A DNA stretch of 64,000 bases, from positions 160,695,166-160,759,165 of the forward strand of contig NC_068981.1 of assembly GCF_001194135.2 (NCBI RefSeq). The letters are read 5' to 3'. The notes beneath the pieces were generated by a model. The model had not been told where the DNA came from, did not search any database, and saw only the letters and a program-made list of their open reading frames with translations. Source of the DNA: Octopus bimaculoides (taxonomy: Eukaryota). The position numbers and the translations under genes were made by a program. Below, in pieces: positions 13,008 through 26,178 of the stretch; the first letter of the stretch is position 1; each line of letters opens with the position of its first letter.

Positions 13008-14640
13008 CATAACAAAATTTATTAGAATTGAACGAACATTAAGCATCAAATCCAAAAGCGTTTTAGAGAGATGAAAGCAGCAAAAATTAAGTGAAGTGGC
13101 TGCAAATTTCAAGCCTTACAAAACTCACCTTAATGGCAGTAATAGCAAACATCGACTTCCTACGACCGTCGATGTTCGTATTCATAATACGCAGAATATG
13201 CTGAAACTTCTCTGGGATTACGAGCGACTGAAAGTAAAAAGAAAACGTGTAAATTTAATAATAGAGACGGTTGGATAAGTAGTATCCAATTCTTTAGTTT
13301 GGTAAATTCGTAGCTTAAATCATTCCTTCTCATGTGGGATTTTAGAGACGCCGTTTTGGATTGCTTGTGTATGCGATTTATTACAAGCGTTCGCATGAAT
13401 AGTTTAACCATGTAACGGAAGACTATATTAACAAATCATATCTTGATTAAAAACAATATGCAACACAAGACAAAATGTACGTGGGGAGCATTTTCATAAC
13501 TGATAAATTGTAAAAAAAAAAGAAGATAGTAACCCATTTATATTGATCTATCAGAGGAGGGTGCTTCACACGACCTAAACAAAATTAATCGCGCTATTGG
13601 ATTTTGTTCAATTGAAGATTACAGTCAATCAATAAAGGTGTTACAACGATTCCCTTTTTATTTCCCATACGAGGGAAATTCAGATGCTATTTTTAACAGA
13701 TCGAGCGGTCCCCATAACCTCGAACTTCTTATTAATATGGCTTTCGTATACAAACAGAAACCATCATACAATTTTTTCTAAAGAATAAACAATACTTCAG
13801 ATGTTTTAAAGAATGAAATATTTAACAAGGGCAGTACTGTTTGATCCAATTTAGTTATTCCACCCGACTATTCATGTATGAACGACGAAACGAAACTCTG
13901 CATGTTGCTAAAAAGGGACCACGACCTCCGAATTTTATGTGGTTTAAACGAAGTATTGTACATATTTAATTTTACAATTTATATTGGATAATATTAATAT
14001 GGCAGGTAAAAGACCTGCTGGAAACTCAAACTACACTGGACTAATCAAAGGTTTTCTTTTAAAAAAGCACTAGAGAATGGTGCGTGGCAGTAGAATTACT
14101 TTCTCAGTTTTAATCTCTGACAGATTGATGTTGAATTTGTACAAGCTTTGTGGGTGGAAGCTTGAAATAACAGGATATTAGTAACTTGAAAACCAGAAAT
14201 TTCTAAATCAAACAATAATTGCACCACGTGAAGAAATTGTGCTCCAAATACTTTACAAATTAATCTAATGCAATATTTCAGCTGTACGAAAACACCAGTT
14301 TTCTTTTAGTCAAAGAAATAAATTTTAGAGATTATAATTTCGATAAAAGGAAATATAAGCAATATACAATACAGTGAAGTAGATATATTTATCCAAAAAT
14401 GGTACATTTTCGTTTGAAAATAAATTTATGGTAGACACATGATGGCTGGGACACAAATGTAAGGCGGTAATATTTTAAGTAATACTCAGTAATAAATAAA
14501 CAATTGTTACCATAATATTGAATCTTGCACAAAATGGATATCAAATAGTAAATACGATGTTTTTCTTAAAGATGAATTCACTAAATTATTAAGATTATAA
14601 AGGATAAAAGCAGAGATATATCGTAACACCAACTTACCAT
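10883..14640 (-). CDS. RPS18: 40S ribosomal protein S18 (uS13), 152 aa. Exons 14640-14638 (ATG), 13227-13129, 12948-12862, 12271-12078, 10958-10883
   Basis: Exon lengths 3+99+87+194+76 = 459 nt. M|[33 protein letters not shown]|[29 protein letters not shown]|[65 protein letters not shown]|[24 protein letters not shown]. All introns GT-AG. Confidence 0.99.
11517..11990 (-). mobile_element. RTE-LINE 3'-end repeat in RPS18 intron 4
   Basis: CATCATCATCATTTAACGTCCGCTTTCCATGCTAGCATGGGTTGGACG...; interrupted by a 9-N gap. Confidence 0.8.
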
Positions 14641-14665
14641 GGTTGCAGTTTACCGGAAAAGGAAG
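14641..14665 (-). promoter_or_regulatory. RPS18 5'UTR beginning with a 5'TOP/TCT initiator (CTTCCTTTTCC), predicted TSS ~14665
   Basis: Minus strand reads CTTCCTTTTCCGGTAAACTGCAACC-ATG-gtaagt, the classic ribosomal-protein TOP tract plus an ATG-only first coding exon. Confidence 0.85.
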
Positions 14666-14673
14666 TTTGATTG

Positions 14674-14683
14674 TTCACGTGAC
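14674..14683. promoter_or_regulatory. Palindromic E-box TCACGTGA (TTCACGTGAC; 9/10 match to the CLEAR/MiT-TFE site GTCACGTGAC) in the shared RPS18/VPS52 promoter
   Basis: Lies in the 24 nt between the RPS18 TOP and the VPS52 ATG. The motif is seen directly; its function is inferred. Confidence 0.5.
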
Positions 14684-14689
14684 TTAAAG

Positions 14690-16414
14690 ATGGATACCAC
14701 AGCAGAAGACACGAATGGAGAAGAGGTGGGACAATAATTCTGTTTTGAAATATATGACTGCATTGCTTTATTGTGTTAAGTAGGATAAATTATATGTCCG
14801 TTATCGACATCTGTAAATTCTTGCAACTGAAATGTCTAAACACGTAGTCGTACGTAATGTGAATGTACATATAATGTTTTAATAATGATAATAATAAAAG
14901 AGTCTGTCAATTTGTTTGTCTTGCAATGTTAACTGGCGATAGCATTGGATGTAAATACTTATAAGTCATTTTAATTTTATTAATTGAAAATGATGCAATC
15001 AAAAAATCCCTAAATTGTTTATGTATTGTTATCGTTTCAGTTAAAGACATACACTTTCATTTAATTGAAAGCGTGTTATACAAATGCTATGTTCTGAACT
15101 ATAGTTTAAGATATTAAAATCAAGCGTTCGGGTATCTCATCACTTTTTTTTTATAGAGTAGAGTTTGTTTTAAGGAAAAATTAGTTGCTTTTTCTCATTG
15201 GCCCAGAAAGCCCTGTTTTTAAAAGCAAGGGGTTGGCTCTTTGTTTACGCAACAAACAGTTCTGATTGTATTATTAACAACACTGGTACGTTAAAAAAAA
15301 CGTCTTTCACTTCCGATCCAAGACAAAATCGTTACCGCAGCTCGCGTTATCCATTACAACCACTTTCCACATAGCTTTCATTATAAAATGTGAAAAAGAA
15401 ATAATTGCATATAGAGCAGTGGTTCCTCACCTGGAAGTACCTGCAAACCCATGGGGGGGGGGGGTGAGGAGATGGCATTTCAGGATTGTATGACAAAGAG
15501 GGAGAGTATATACTTTATTAAAATTGCTTTTCAGAATAAAATTATTTGCTGAATCTTCAAAGTAACTTTATTTTATTGAACACTCACCGAAATTTATTAT
15601 TATTATTTTTTTTATATGTTTATAGAGAAAAATACATTTAATTCTTTAGAGATTACGACTGAGAGCCATGTCCTTGTTCCATTCGCCAACGGCATACTTA
15701 TGTGAATCTGGTTTTAGTTCTCGTTTCCTAATTAAACAAAACCTAGGAATTGTTTGATCGACAGCCAGACTTACGGGTCGTAAACAGGAAAAAAATTCCA
15801 TGTTTTGATTAAAGTCACTAAATAAGTCATTGAATTTAATGTTAATTTAATATGGGATTGATGTAGTTAGCAAGATTCTTGACATGAACTCGTGCGTTGG
15901 AACAGATTTTGTTGTATCTTGCGAGGGTCATTATGTCCAGAATAAACACACGCACTGTTTCTATTTCACTTCTTGTATTATTATTATTATTGAGTGAAAG
16001 AACAGTGCATACCATCAAAGTGACATTGGGGTGAAATATACCAGTATACCCATATTGATAAGGATACACCAGGCACATGCATCACAACTATATGTGCGCG
16101 ACATAGTGATCTCATATCAAAATAAACAGCGCATGACCTTACAGGTGGGGGCAATTAGAATTTTCTTCAGGTTGAGAAGCCCATCCTACTCAAAAGATCT
16201 CTGAATAAGGGTTGTTCAAGGATGTTGAACAAAACACCCATATTTCCAAAGGTGAATTATCCAAACCTCAAAAAATTCCTCTCAACACATGGCTATGATA
16301 CTCTCCCACTACTTCTGCTTGTGATCAGAGATGCACATATCGTCAGCCACTAAGGGACTTGCTCAGCTGGTTAAGATCAAGCAACTGACAAGCAAATCTG
16401 TGGTATTGAGCACA

Positions 16415-16451
<37 letters not shown>

Positions 16452-19400
16452 TACTTTTAATCTGCATATTTGTTACAATCACTCACCAAGACACACCCAG
16501 CATCCTAGGGTGAGTGAAGGATAAGAAATGTTGCAGTATGACTGAAAGCTTGGGCAGGGCAGGTGGCAGGGGCAGTAGTGAAATATCTTTACAACACATA
16601 CATTTAAATTGATAGGGTTTTTCTAAGGATAAGGGCAGTAATTGTCAGCACAATCTTTTAGATTTCTCTGAGACATGGTTCTCCTGGGATATTATCTAGA
16701 CGTTTCTGACACCTCTTTCTTATACCAAGGGTTCCCACAATAACAGGAACAGTTCTTGCTTTAAGAGGCCACATCTTTTGTAGTTCAATTTCCATGTCCT
16801 CATATTTACTTAATTTGTCCAATTCCTATACAGATATATTTTTATCAGTGGGAACACTTACATCTATTAGTCTACAAGTATTTTCTTCTCTGTCCTTAAT
16901 GACTATGTCTGGTTGATTAATTCTGATCAAGCAGACCTATGATCAAAGGCACTCTAGCTATGATCATCATGTTTTAGTTGTATCCTATTTTAACACCTTA
17001 AAAAAAAGTGGTTTTAAAATACTTTTATTATTGAATATGTTGTTAACAATTGTTCATTAACACTATTTCTTCTGTTTATCGTTCATTAGCCTAGTGTGTT
17101 TGTATGTACCATTCCTTAGCATCACCACTACCATATAGTATATCCTGCAACAAATACCAAGAATAGGCTGTTGTTCAATATTCTCATCTTATCTGCATGA
17201 ATCCATGTGGAGAAATATGTCTGGCTCTAGTGAACACACTTTTGGTTGTCCTATTTCTCCTGTAAAGGAACTGAGCATCATTTGTATTTTGAGACATAAA
17301 AATAGAAAGTTTGCTGGAATGGATTGTAAACAAAATAGAATTTTATTTACAATCTTTCCAGCAAGCCTTCTAACAATGTTTATTTTAAAATTTGCTCTTA
17401 AGTTTTTCCCCAGAACTGTCACCATCTAGTAGCACCATGTATATTTTCTTGCTTATCTGTGATTTGATCTACATTTATGCATGCTGATACATAGTGGAGC
17501 TTGTAAACTACAAAGTTATAGCTACAATCCTAAGTAGGTTAATGATTTCGATGAATAAAAGAAAAATTTGAAGATGAAGTAGAAATATATGTAGATCAGA
17601 TTTGAGAGAACGTTAGATTTCGTAAGTTAGATGATGAATGTTTGGAATATATAGGCTGAATTTGTTGCGAAGCTGGAGAAGAAAAAAAAACCTGATGCTG
17701 AATTGATAATGATTTTCATAAAAATAACACTGATGCAATTGAGTACAAAATAAATCTACTGTCTTTAACGAAGCTTTTCTAAGATATATTTTTATTCCAT
17801 AGGGTCTTGGAAATTTTGATGTGGTCCCCAATCTTGGAGTTTTAGACCTTACTTCAGAAGATTTCCTCCTGGATGAAGTTGATTGTAAGTCTCTCTCTCT
17901 ATATTGTTGTGTATTTATTTTCAAAGATTAATATATTATATCTTTGGATTTTGAAATTTTTGAAATTTTTAATTGATTATTTTCAAAACATGCATGCTGA
18001 TGATGAACATTGCATTCATTTTTCCCTAGAAATTAATAATAAAGAAGTAAGAAGTTTTTAAAGTTATATAATTTTAGCCAATTGAAAGCCTCCATTGCTG
18101 ACATATTTTAAGTTGCAACTGTTATCTTGGAGATGAGCACAAACAAAGATGAAACCCTTATGTGGTTTCTCAACCTGCAAAAAAAAAATGTTGCAGCCAA
18201 ATCTTCCTTAAACTACAAAATAACATCTGAAAAAACAAAATAAGCTGGAATTGGTTTGAATGCTATTGATCACAGATATACTTCATCAAAAATTGTATTT
18301 TTTTAGCCATTCATAATTAGAGTACCAATCCATCATAATATCGACCTAAATTCATACTGACTCTAAATATGGTTTTTATATGTAATCATGAACACATTGT
18401 ATGTATTAATGACAAACATATTCAGCATATTATATATATTATATATAAAATCATATGAATGATATTTAAAACTTATGCTACTCTTTTCTGTTTTACTTTT
18501 TGTATAATTTGTGTTTTCAATTTTAATGAATTTTTATTCAAATATTTTAATATTTGTTACTTTCTAGTTCATATACAACAAAATCTGGAAGATGATATTG
18601 TAAAAGAAGCTTTGAAAACTGTGAGTAAATTCTGAAATTAATTTAAGAACCCTTCCATATTTCTTATTGGTGTTTCTATGTTGGACATCCCTAATCAGCT
18701 TTGTTTGAATACAACTTTTGTACAGAGATAAGTCAGGGCCATGTAGGGAAGAAAAATTCTAATTAATAATACTTATGTGGTGAATTTTAATTTGATCATG
18801 ACAAAGTATGGATTTTGGTCTTATTAGACTGCCACTGCAAAGTGTAACTTACTTCATCCTCATCAAGATTAAACATTAGAGAATCATTATATTATGGAGA
18901 TGTATTTGCATGACAAGTGTTTTGATATGGGAATCGTGTGCTGAAAGTAAAATGATTGCAGTGTGGAAGACACATATTAACCATTCGGAAACATACAAAG
19001 ACTGTTAACTTCACTTAAACCTTTATTGTGTGTGTGTGTAATAATAATAATAATAATCATCATCATCATTGTTTAACGTCCACTCTTCACACTGGCATGG
19101 GTTGGACAATTTGACATGGAGCTGACTAGCAGGGAACTGTCTGGACTCCAGCTGTCTGTTCTGGCATGGTGTCCATGGCTGGATGCCTTTCCTAATGCCA
19201 ACCACGAGTATGCTGGGTGCTTTTCACATGCCACTGGCATTGGTACATTTATGCAGCACTGGCATGGGTACTTTTTATGTGGCACTGGCATTTGAAAGGA
19301 CAAGCTTGAATTAGTGGAAGATGGCAATTTTACTTAGCTTGATGTGTCTTATCAAGTATAGCAAATTGCCTCTCCTGGTCCCTTGTCAATTCCTCGGTGA

Positions 19401-22400
19401 TGCCCAGCGTCCAAAGATCCTTTCTTACCACTTCGTTCCACATCTTCCTGGGTCTACCCCTTCCACAGGTACCCTCCGCAATTAGAGTTCAGCACTTCTT
19501 TATGTAGCTGCACTCATCCATATGCATCACATGACTAAACCAGCATAGTCTTCCCTCTTGGTGTAATATGGTGTCAAAAATTATTGTCACTCCAAACTGC
19601 GAACTGGTCACTGTGACAGTGTAACATTATCAGTGACCAGGTTGCTGTTTAGAGTGAAGACAGTTTTGAAACCATATTACAAACAGTAAATGTTTAAGTG
19701 ATGTTAACAGTTTTTATGTGTTTCTGAACGACCAGTATGTGTCTTCTATGCTGAATCAATATATTCATTTCAAATTTTGGCACAAGGCCAACAATTTCAG
19801 GGGAGGGGATATTACATTGACCCTAGTGCTCAACTGGTACTTATTTTATTGACCCCCGAAAGGATGAAAGGTAAAGTCAACCTTGGGCAGAATTTAAACT
19901 CGGAATGTAGAGACAGATGAAATACCACTACACATTTTGCCTGGCACAGTAATGATTCTACCTTTCACTGCCTTGCTGATGTACTGTAATGTACATGAGT
20001 AAGCATCAAAAACAATAATGTTTGAGAGAAATTATGATAATATGCATAAAAATAACAGTCAGGTTAGTTCTATCATTTAAAATTTTGATTTCAAATTTTG
20101 GCACAAGGCCAGCAATTTTGGGGAGGGGGTAAGTTGATTACATTGATTTCAGTACTCTGCTGGTATTTATTTTATTGACCCTGAAAGGATGAAAGGCAAA
20201 GTTGACCTTGTCAGAATTTGCTATCATTTTTAACATAGTGAGGAAAAGAATTTTAATTAAAATTACTTACAAGATGAGAAGAAAGTGTTAAATCAACGAT
20301 GAAGGTATCTGACTGAATGCTGAGGAACACTCTGAAAGTTCTACATGCTGAGGATACATATATTAATCAGTATGTTAATTTTAGTCAAATTTTAGTAATA
20401 CTCTTCTTGTTACCTGTAGCTACCTCATTGATTGTCTACTATTTTAGATTCTCATTTTAAACACAGGAGAGAGTATATTGTAGAAGGTTTGATTGCTTAA
20501 ATTTCTATTGATTTTGAAGTAGTCTGCATAAACATCAAGCAATGTATTTTGTATATAGTTGAGATAAATGTCATCTAGTGGAGAATGGTGATTGAATGGT
20601 GTTCATTGCCTCTTGTACTTGATGGTTGCTATAATGGTAATGAAAACAATGAGGAAAGTACCACAAACATTGAAAACTATAGATGATGTTTCATTAAACT
20701 ACTGTATATAATACAATACTGTACACAATATCTCATACACATTGCTGATCAATGTGAGAAGGATGTAAGTGGCTGAATGACATATTAATTTGTTTTAATG
20801 TTTTAGTCAAGTTGGAAGCCAGTGACCTTATGACCCTTTACAGACCTTCCTCCCTCCCACCATACAGGTGGAAGAGAGGAGGGTCTCCTCAGATTGGAGA
20901 CATGCTTATAACAGAGTGGACTTTTTTAAAGGTACTCAAGATGCCAGGTGGTGGTGTTGAACCAGATGACAGCTTAGGTCTATCCCTTAAGCAGGTCACA
21001 GTGAGATTTGAACTCAGAAGACAAAGATGAGAGAGATATCACAACATTCCCTACTATGTATATATATATATAGCTGTCAACACACTGCCTAGTAGGTATC
21101 CCATGTATTAGCACTGATTTTGATTATTTAACTTACAGAGGGAAGAGCAGTTTTCATGACCTTTTTCAGTGCTTTCAAGACTGAAGGAATTTATTATCCT
21201 TGTGGATTAATGCTTGCAACAGAGTGGTCTTCATTAGAGGTGCCCAAGGGCTAGGTGATGGTAGATGATGGATCCAGTCTACCAACCAAGAAAAATGAAC
21301 ATTTCATTTATTGAGCTTCAACCAAATGTTAATAGCAAGGCCTTCTTTGATATGAGTCTATGATGGAGGACACCTGCCCATAGTTCTATGCAGAGATTGA
21401 ACCCAAAACCACATAACTCTGAAGTGAATTTCTTAACCACACAGCCATATCTGTCCTTATGGATGTCTGCATCCCCCCCCCCCCAAAAAAAAACCCAGGC
21501 ATCTTAGTACCAGTAGATTTACTCCTTTGTTTCAGTTATTAATTGTGCATAAAAACAGTATTTTATTTTTATCTTATAGGGTGTTGATCTCAGACAATAT
21601 TCCAAGCAAATAGAGAAAGAATTATTAGAGGTTGAAAATGCTTCTATACAGGGATGTATCCTTTTCATGATATTGTATGTTTTATTTACATGATTTTCAT
21701 TCTAAACTGTTTTGTCAATGTTTAGACATAATAATGATGTTTGCTTGATATAATGATTTGGATATGTTGGCTGTATATTTTTTCTTACATTTTTACTTCC
21801 ATTTAGATTAGGCAGCTTGGAAAAAAAATTAAACATTTGCTTTAATGGATAAAATAAATTTTTTGGCTCTACATCTAGGTGTCTATTGTATTACCAGACA
21901 TTTCAGAATGGCACCTGTTGTTAAACCAAAGCAAGAAGTTATACATGCTCTGGTTAAGTGCACAATACAATGATTGTAGTAAAATTTGATTTCAAGAGCA
22001 TAGGATTTGTATCTTATCAAAATGTAAACGGTTCCTCTGTCATGAATTGAACTGAAGCTGCTTAAATGAAACCTAAAATCCCAACTCTTTGAGAAGCTGA
22101 TACATTTATGGTTAGATTTCTTTCTGTTGCCAGCCATGAAATGAAAGAAAGAAGAGGATATTTTGGTAATTTGGACACAACTTAGTCACTCTATTCACTT
22201 AACTAACGATAACTATCTTGAAAAGAGAAAGGAGTGTCTATGTATAGTTAGGTTGACATTGAGATGAAAATCGACATTTATATTTGCTTGTGCATTTCAG
22301 CAATCTGCCAGTTTCAAAATGCATAAAGCATAAAGTTTTATACCATTTGAAATATGTAAAATATACTTATCAGACACCGTTTTATGGTGTAAGTTCTTTA

Positions 22401-25400
22401 ATATTTATTATTTTTTTAAATAAAAATAGATATCAAATGAATTTTATTCTTCATTTAATATTATTGAAGGTATTTATTATTTTCTGAGAACTTTAGAGTC
22501 TTGAGTCTACCAAATGGCAAGTTGTGGTATTTATAATCCTCTAAGCAAATTAGTGAAGTTTGATAGATTAAAATAGTTCTAATGATAATTCAAAACCATG
22601 TTGCAGAATCAATTTTTTTGTGACGTTTGCCCTTAACTGCATTTAAAGATATTAAAGAGAGCCAAAATATTGCCAGTCTTCACAAACAGATAGCAGCATG
22701 TGATACCATCCTAGAGGTAATTTCTATAATTTCCACACATATATTATTGATGTTTATTTCTTCACTTTTTTTATTTCTTGTACTTTTGCCCACACTGTGT
22801 AGTTTTGTGGGGTAATGATAAATTTAGCCATGGGTGAATGGTACTCCTTTATTCCAATTGATATAGTATTCTTCAGTATTCGACAACACATGACATCACA
22901 CTATAAATGCAACTAGTAGATGTTACTTATAGAGCCTGCATTGAGCAAATACATCGTCAGACAATCAAAACAGAAATAAAATCTGATTGTCTGATGATAT
23001 GTTTACTCTATGCTGGCCCTACAAGTTTCATCAAGTAATTGCTTATCTATAGTGTGCCATCTTGTGTTGTTGAATACTAAAACATATAAAAATTGGCATA
23101 AAGGAGTGTCACATTCTATCCATGCTCTTTTCTCTTGCATACAACAGGGTGTACAAATGTGCTTTTCACACAGCTATAAGAGTTTGAACTCTTATTTCTA
23201 GTAATAATTCTGCTTCTAGCACCCACAGTCACAATCAGTGATGACTAAATTTTTCCTATATGGCTTTGTATAGTGGCTAGCTGCTGACATTAATTTTTAG
23301 TATACACATTGACATCTTGCCAAATCAGCCATAAATTTATATGGTAAATATATATATTGACAGAGGAATTTAGCTGTTCCATCAAAGCAATGGAGTCCTA
23401 ATTACTGGATGAAAATATAGTCCTGTGATGTATCTTTGCTCATGGGGCAGTTATCTATCCTGTAAATGTATATAAATGTGCTTTTCGTGCAGCTATAAGA
23501 GTTTTAACTCTTATTTCTAGCAATAACTGTACTTTTAGCACCCACAGTTACAATTAGTGTTGACTGAATTTTTCCTATATGGCTTTGTATTGTGGCTAGC
23601 TACTTACATTAATTTATATATATATATATAGGCTTGGTGATCAAGAGAGAAACAGAAAAGTTTCGGTGGTAGATGGGTTGTTTGGTGTCTGTTTTCCATA
23701 TCTGAAAGACTGTTTGATTATTTATATTTACAACACAGAAAAGAGAGAAGACAAAACAGAGAAAAATAATTTCACTGGTTTATGAATCTTTAACTATTTC
23801 AATTGCAGAGGATGGAACAAATGTTAAATGGTTTCCAGGCTGATTTAAGTAGTATCAGTAATGAAATTCAAACATTACAAGAACAGTCGATTGCCATGAA
23901 CATCAAACTCAAGAATAGACAGGTTAGTACCAATATTAGATTTCGATTTCCTTTTATTCATTTATAGTTATCAGTAACAACCGCAGCAATCTGAATTCCT
24001 TGGGTGCTGATTGGTGAATCAAAGTTTTGGCAGTTTTGCCTTGTCACCAGTGCAGTTCTGTCCTTCTACCAAACACATGTTATGCTGAATGACTCAATGA
24101 CCTATTTGTAAATAGATGTGATGTGTGGGTGCAGTCTGTTACAAGAAGCTGTGCAACACTGAAAACAAGTGTTTCGTTAATTTGAAGTATTGAGTAAACA
24201 TTGTCCAATCAATGAAATGTGCAGTAGATTTGTGTGTTTCTTTCTAAGTGTGGGATGTCTCTCAGACATTTGCTGCTGTATAAGCTGGGGTAAGATTCTA
24301 CATATCTTACCTGCTATGAGGAGACATATTACAGAAGTAGGAAACATACTAAATGATCAGCTAATACATTTCCTATTTTGACTTTAGTGAAACCTGAAGT
24401 TAGTAAATTTATTAAAGAATTATTCAAGTATAATGAGTGTTGGATGTTATAAAATAAAATATTTACACTTGGTTTACAGCCTCATTTTCCTTTATAAATC
24501 TGAGGCCTTGTATTATATGTATAATAATTTGATAATGCAATGTTGTAACGTGGTTTTAATCATATTCATATATTTAGCATCATGATCTTCATTTTACATA
24601 TGCTTTTCTATAATGGTATGGGTTGGATGGGTCATTAGGGTTCAGGTAAGTTTTTATTTTTATCATTGTTTGTTAAGTTTCATACTTGGTATGGTTTCTA
24701 CTGCTGGATGGCCTTCTTATTACCAACTACTTTACTGAGTGAACTGGATGCATTTTATTATGGCACCAACACTAGAAAGGTGTCTTACCCAAGCAAAAGT
24801 AAAGAATCTGTTCTCTCTACATTGTCTCCATTTATTCATTCCTTTCTTTCCCACACAACTTGGTGTGTAGAAAGGGGAATTTTTTTGCTAAATCACTGGT
24901 ACTGTTGTGCATTACTATCTCTTATCACATAGGTAGCATGCTGTGAGAAAGGAGTTACAGAAGTGATAGGGTGGTAGAAGAGTAATAAATGAGAGACAGT
25001 GAGAGTATGATAGAGAGAATGATGGAGAGAGTAATGAAGGTCATAGTGAAACGAGAGAGAGAGAGAAAAGTATAAGATGAAGAGGAAGTGATAGGAACCT
25101 TTCTGAAGTTCTGTATGTAAATTCTTCATGCTACCTCAAACAATAATCCATTAAACATAACATTAATGTTTCAGGCTGTGCGGGGAGAACTGAGTCAGTT
25201 TGTTGACGAAATGGTAATTCCTGAGAGTATGGTGTCGTAAGTAACTTACATACAATACATACATTTTACTCAAAGGTCAGTTTTTCAATCAAGAGTTCAC
25301 GAACTAATCAATCTTGATCACTGTCATAGAATCTCTTGCAAGTAATCAATTCTTATAAGATGTAGGAAGGTGATTTCTGTACCTTTGCATCTAAGATTAT

Positions 25401-26131
25401 TCAGTTTCACTATTCTTACAGTGTCTTTTTGTTTTTTTTAACCTTTCAACATAATTGAAATCTGAATGTTATTTTTCTGTGAACAGACATATCGTGGATA
25501 CCCCAGTGACTGAGCGAGAATTTATGGAACAACTGAATGAATTGAATCATAAAATAAATTTTGTCAAGGAACAGTCGTTTAAAGAGGCTCGCTCTTGCCA
25601 GGATGTCCGTGATATTCTTGAAAAACTCAAGACTAAGGTATATTACTAAACTAATTAAAAGCATCTGACATAATTATTCATTTACATGTTGTGAATCATT
25701 GTTATCGTTTTAAAACTCGCAAGTTTCTATTTTATTAACTATAACATATCTTACATTGATACATTGAAGAAGGATATAGTTGATTGAATCAACCTTTGTA
25801 GCAGGTATTTATTTATTGGGTATCAGAACAAGAAAAAGCAAATTGTGTGATATTATTTGAACTCCAAATACTATAAGACAGTATTAAATATTATATTAGT
25901 GGCATTCCTCTGTGTCTGTCTCTGAATCACCTATTTTTAACTGTGACAAATAATAACTGTATTTATATTTCAACTATAACCATGTTGGGGGTGGGGTAAT
26001 GTTTTGGAGGTACTCAATTTATCAGATTGTTTACCGGAGTTATGTCCCTTCCAAAGAATTATTCCTCCATCACTTCGAATTTAAATGCAACTAATGCAGC
26101 CTCTCTCTTTCTTTCTCTCTCTCTCTTTCTT

Positions 26132-26178
<47 letters not shown>

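Noticed and set aside
13490-13770. C/D-like boxes in RPS18 intron 1 (TGATTGA...CTGA; ATGATGG...CTGA)
   Set aside because: C boxes are non-canonical and no rRNA/snRNA-complementary guide was recognised next to a D box.
14110-14145. 12-nt match to 18S rRNA (TGACAGATTGAT), suggesting a snoRNA guide
   Set aside because: No upstream C box and no terminal stem; a match this short is expected by chance.
17595-17621. 27-nt phase-0 microexon candidate (IRFERTLDF|GTAAGT) in VPS52 intron 1
   Set aside because: Acceptor context is purine-rich with no pyrimidine tract, and the gene model does not need it.
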